Origin: Gemmatimonadota bacterium
Lineage (GTDB): Bacteria; Gemmatimonadota; Gemmatimonadetes; Gemmatimonadales; GWC2-71-9
DNA length: 64,000 bases
NCBI GenBank assembly: GCA_041482275.1
Contig: JBGPDL010000005.1
Coordinates: 2,985 to 66,984 of the forward strand
Direction of reading: 5' to 3'
Shown here: piece after piece, positions 61,864 to 64,000 of the stretch
Layout of the letters: every line of letters starts with the position of its first letter
Position numbering within the stretch: position 1 is the stretch's first letter
Notes under the pieces: model-generated
The model's database searches: none
Seen by the model: the letters and a program-made list of their open reading frames with translations, nothing else
Told to the model about the DNA's origin: nothing
Translations under genes and position numbers: made by a program

Positions 61864-62838
61864 ATGGCGTCCTCCGTTCCCTCGAGCATCACCCTCGTCC
61901 GCGGCCTCAGCGTGGGACACTGGACCGACCTGCCGCGGGCGACGGGGTGCACGGTGGTGCTCGCGCCGGAGGGCGGGATCCGCGCGGCCTGTGCGGTCCG
62001 CGGTCGCGCCACCGGTACCCGCGAGCTCGATGCGCTGAACCCGCGCCACCTGGTCGACCGGGTGGACGCCATCCTCCTCACCGGTGGCTCGGCCTACGGG
62101 CTCGGCGCTGCGGACGGGGTGATGCGGTGGCTGAAGGAGCGGGGGCGGGGCTGGCCGGTGGGACCGGCAGGCGTCGTGCCGATCGTGCCCACCGCGGCGA
62201 TCTTCGACTTCGACCTGGCCCCCGGCGGCAAGGCGGATCGCTGGCCCACGGCGGACGACGCCTACCGCGCCTGCGCCGCCGCCTCGACCCACGTTGCCGA
62301 GGGGAGCGTCGGCGCGGGGACGGGCGCCACGGTCGGCAAGGCGCTGGGGCCGCGCGCCGCGATGAAGGGTGGCGTGGGTACCTGGGCGGTGACGGGCGGC
62401 GATATCGTGGTGGGCGCGCTGGTGGTGCTGAACGCGGTGGGGAACATCCTCGACGGCGCGGGGGGCGTGCTCGCCGGCGCGCGCGGCCCCGACGGCACGT
62501 ACGTGGACGCGCTGGCGCACTTCGGTCGGGGCGGCGTGCCGTTTGCGGGGCGCAACACGACCCTTGCCGTGGTGGCGACCAACGCGGCGCTCGACCGCAC
62601 GGCCCTCGAGAGCTTGGCGCACGCGGCGGGCGACGCGCTGGCGCGGCGTATCGTGCCCTACGGCACGACGTTTGACGGGGATGTGGTGTTCGCGCTGTCG
62701 ACCGTTGCCACTGCGCCGGCCACGCCGCTGCAGGCCGAGGCGCTCGCGGCGCTCGCGGTGCCCGTGGCGGCAGAGCGCGCGGTGCGGCTCGCGCGCGGGC
62801 TCGGTCATGTGCCGGGCCTCGCGGACGGTGGAGGGTGA
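61864..62838 (+). CDS. P1/DmpA-family peptidase (S58, L-aminopeptidase/D-esterase-like)
   Basis: 324 aa with motifs GLSVGHWTD...TGCTVVL, LLTGGSAYGL and NTTLAVVATNA, typical of DmpA/ornithine acetyltransferase-fold peptidases. Confidence 0.82.
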   Translation: MASSVPSSITLVRGLSVGHWTDLPRATGCTVVLAPEGGIRAACAVRGRATGTRELDALNPRHLVDRVDAILLTGGSAYGLGAADGVMRWLKERGRGWPVGPAGVVPIVPTAAIFDFDLAPGGKADRWPTADDAYRACAAASTHVAEGSVGAGTGATVGKALGPRAAMKGGVGTWAVTGGDIVVGALVVLNAVGNILDGAGGVLAGARGPDGTYVDALAHFGRGGVPFAGRNTTLAVVATNAALDRTALESLAHAAGDALARRIVPYGTTFDGDVVFALSTVATAPATPLQAEALAALAVPVAAERAVRLARGLGHVPGLADGGG

Positions 62839-63848
62839 GCGACCGCCTCGCGCGCGACGTGTCGGACGTCGCGCGCAAGCTGGTGCCGGACTCGCGCCTC
62901 GGGGTGTTCGACGTCGCGGTCGAGCCACAACGCCTCGCCGGATGCACCACCAACCGCGACGCCCTGGCCGCGCTGCGCCAGCTCGCTGCCGCCGTCGGTC
63001 GCGCGGCGGACGTGCGGCTCCTCCCCGACACCTCGGTGCACGACGAGCCGCGCGCGGTCGTGACGGCGGCCATCGCACCGCTGTTGCGCGAGCCGCGGAT
63101 CACCGCCGACCGCGTGAGCGAGGCGCTCCACGGCGAGTCGCTCGCGCTGCTCGAGCGGCGCGACGGGGTATGGCTGCGCGTACGCGCGGGCGACGGGTAC
63201 CACGCGTGGACCCACGCCGGTTACGTCGCCACCGGATCGGACGATTGGGCGGATGACTGGAGCGCCCGCGCGACCGCGTGGTCGCTCGGCGCCGAGCTGA
63301 AGTTCGCGGACCGGCGGTTCCGGCTGGCGGTGGGGGCGCGCGTCGTGCTGGGGCGCCATGGGGACGTCGAGACGGCGGACGGGCGCACGTGGAGCGTGAC
63401 GGCCGGGACCGTTCGGCCCGAAGCCGAGCTGCGGGCGGAGGCGCGCCTGCTCGCGGCGCCGGAGTGGGCACTGCGCTGGTTCTCGGGCGCGCCGTTTGTC
63501 TGGGGCGGCCGCACGGAATGGGGCCTCGACTGTTCCGGCCTGGTCCAGGCGACGTACGCGGCGCGCGGGGTCGCGCTGCCGCGCGACAGTGATCTTCAGT
63601 CCCTGGCGGGGCGCGAGGTGGCGATCGATCCGGCCGGCGCGGGCTACGAGGCGGGTGACGTGCTGTGCTTCGCCGACGGGCGGCGCATCTCGCATGTGGC
63701 GCTGTGGGCGGGCGCGGGGCGGATCGTGCACTCGGCGCTCTCCCGGGGCGGCGTGGCGTCGGACGACCTGCTGGCGGAAACGCCGGCGGCGCGGCGGCTG
63801 CGCGACTTTCTGGTGGTGGTGCGCCGCCCCGACACACCGAGGCGCTGA
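62835..63848 (+). CDS. NlpC/P60 (C40) cysteine peptidase with N-terminal SH3-like region (YkfC-like gamma-D-glutamyl endopeptidase?)
   Basis: The C-terminal catalytic core reads PFVWGGRTEWGLDCSGLVQ...HVALW. The GTG start overlaps the DmpA-like stop by 4 nt. Confidence 0.82.
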   Translation: MSDRLARDVSDVARKLVPDSRLGVFDVAVEPQRLAGCTTNRDALAALRQLAAAVGRAADVRLLPDTSVHDEPRAVVTAAIAPLLREPRITADRVSEALHGESLALLERRDGVWLRVRAGDGYHAWTHAGYVATGSDDWADDWSARATAWSLGAELKFADRRFRLAVGARVVLGRHGDVETADGRTWSVTAGTVRPEAELRAEARLLAAPEWALRWFSGAPFVWGGRTEWGLDCSGLVQATYAARGVALPRDSDLQSLAGREVAIDPAGAGYEAGDVLCFADGRRISHVALWAGAGRIVHSALSRGGVASDDLLAETPAARRLRDFLVVVRRPDTPRR

Positions 63849-63865
63849 CCGCCTATTTTGTCATC

Positions 63866-64000
63866 ATGAAGCTCGTCCTGTTCGACATCGACGGTACGCT
63901 GCTCTGGACCGACGGCGCCGGCCGCCGGGCGATCCACCGTGCGCTGCTCGATGAGGCGGGGACGGCCGGGCCGATCGACGGCTACCGCTTCGACGGTAAG
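63866..64000 (+). CDS. HAD-superfamily hydrolase, 5' fragment truncated by the window end
   Basis: MKLVLFDIDGTLL carries HAD motif I (DxDGT). The ORF is still open at nt 64000. Confidence 0.7.
   Translation, partial: MKLVLFDIDGTLLWTDGAGRRAIHRALLDEAGTAGPIDGYRFDGK

Noticed and set aside
1-64000. Mobile genetic element, prophage or genomic island
   Set aside because: I found no integrase, transposase, phage structural or conjugation genes, no flanking tRNA and no large compositional shift. The only low-GC stretch is the ~290-bp sigma-gene upstream region.

Overview
This is a 64-kb, very GC-rich (roughly 70% by eye), densely coded bacterial chromosomal segment from a diderm. Gemmatimonadota or a similar lineage is only a guess, based on TamAB, a TolC-RND pump and a short RpoD-like sigma factor. 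I support about 56 protein genes, mostly in long, tightly coupled operons with 1- or 4-nt start/stop overlaps. They include an RND efflux pump, a YitJ-like homocysteine methyltransferase/MTHFR fusion, cydAB, a yggT cluster and an HDAC-like fusion protein. They also include a Kgd/OdhA-type 2-oxoglutarate dehydrogenase E1 with a fused E2-like domain, a DEGS-like sphingolipid desaturase homolog, RtcB, glcDEF-ygfZ, aroB, dacB, tamAB and two response regulators. I saw no rRNA, tRNA, CRISPR array, transposase or integrase. Many long ORFs in the supplied track are antisense or read-through artefacts of high GC, so I trimmed starts to conserved N-termini. The most unusual signal is not a gene. It is a set of hairpin-forming elements whose arms are tandem 7-nt or 10-nt units. 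At least four sequence families share this design. Copies sit in intergenic junctions around cydAB and between the AAA+ ATPase and SPFH genes. Copies also sit in frame inside conserved enzymes: two bracket the E2-like domain of sucA/kgd and one lies in glcF. This resembles the palindromic elements found inside Rickettsia genes. A second candidate is a minus-strand cluster of AAA+ ATPase, SPFH/Band-7, P-loop kinase-like protein, aspartyl protease-PDZ, vWA protein and RtcB, which resembles a modular RNA-repair or conflict locus. Smaller leads are a possible SAM-responsive leader upstream of the methionine-cycle fusion gene, a Met/His-repeat lipoprotein, a 22-codon coupled small ORF, and an AT-rich control region upstream of the sigma gene. 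All function calls come from reading the translations for motifs. No database search was run.
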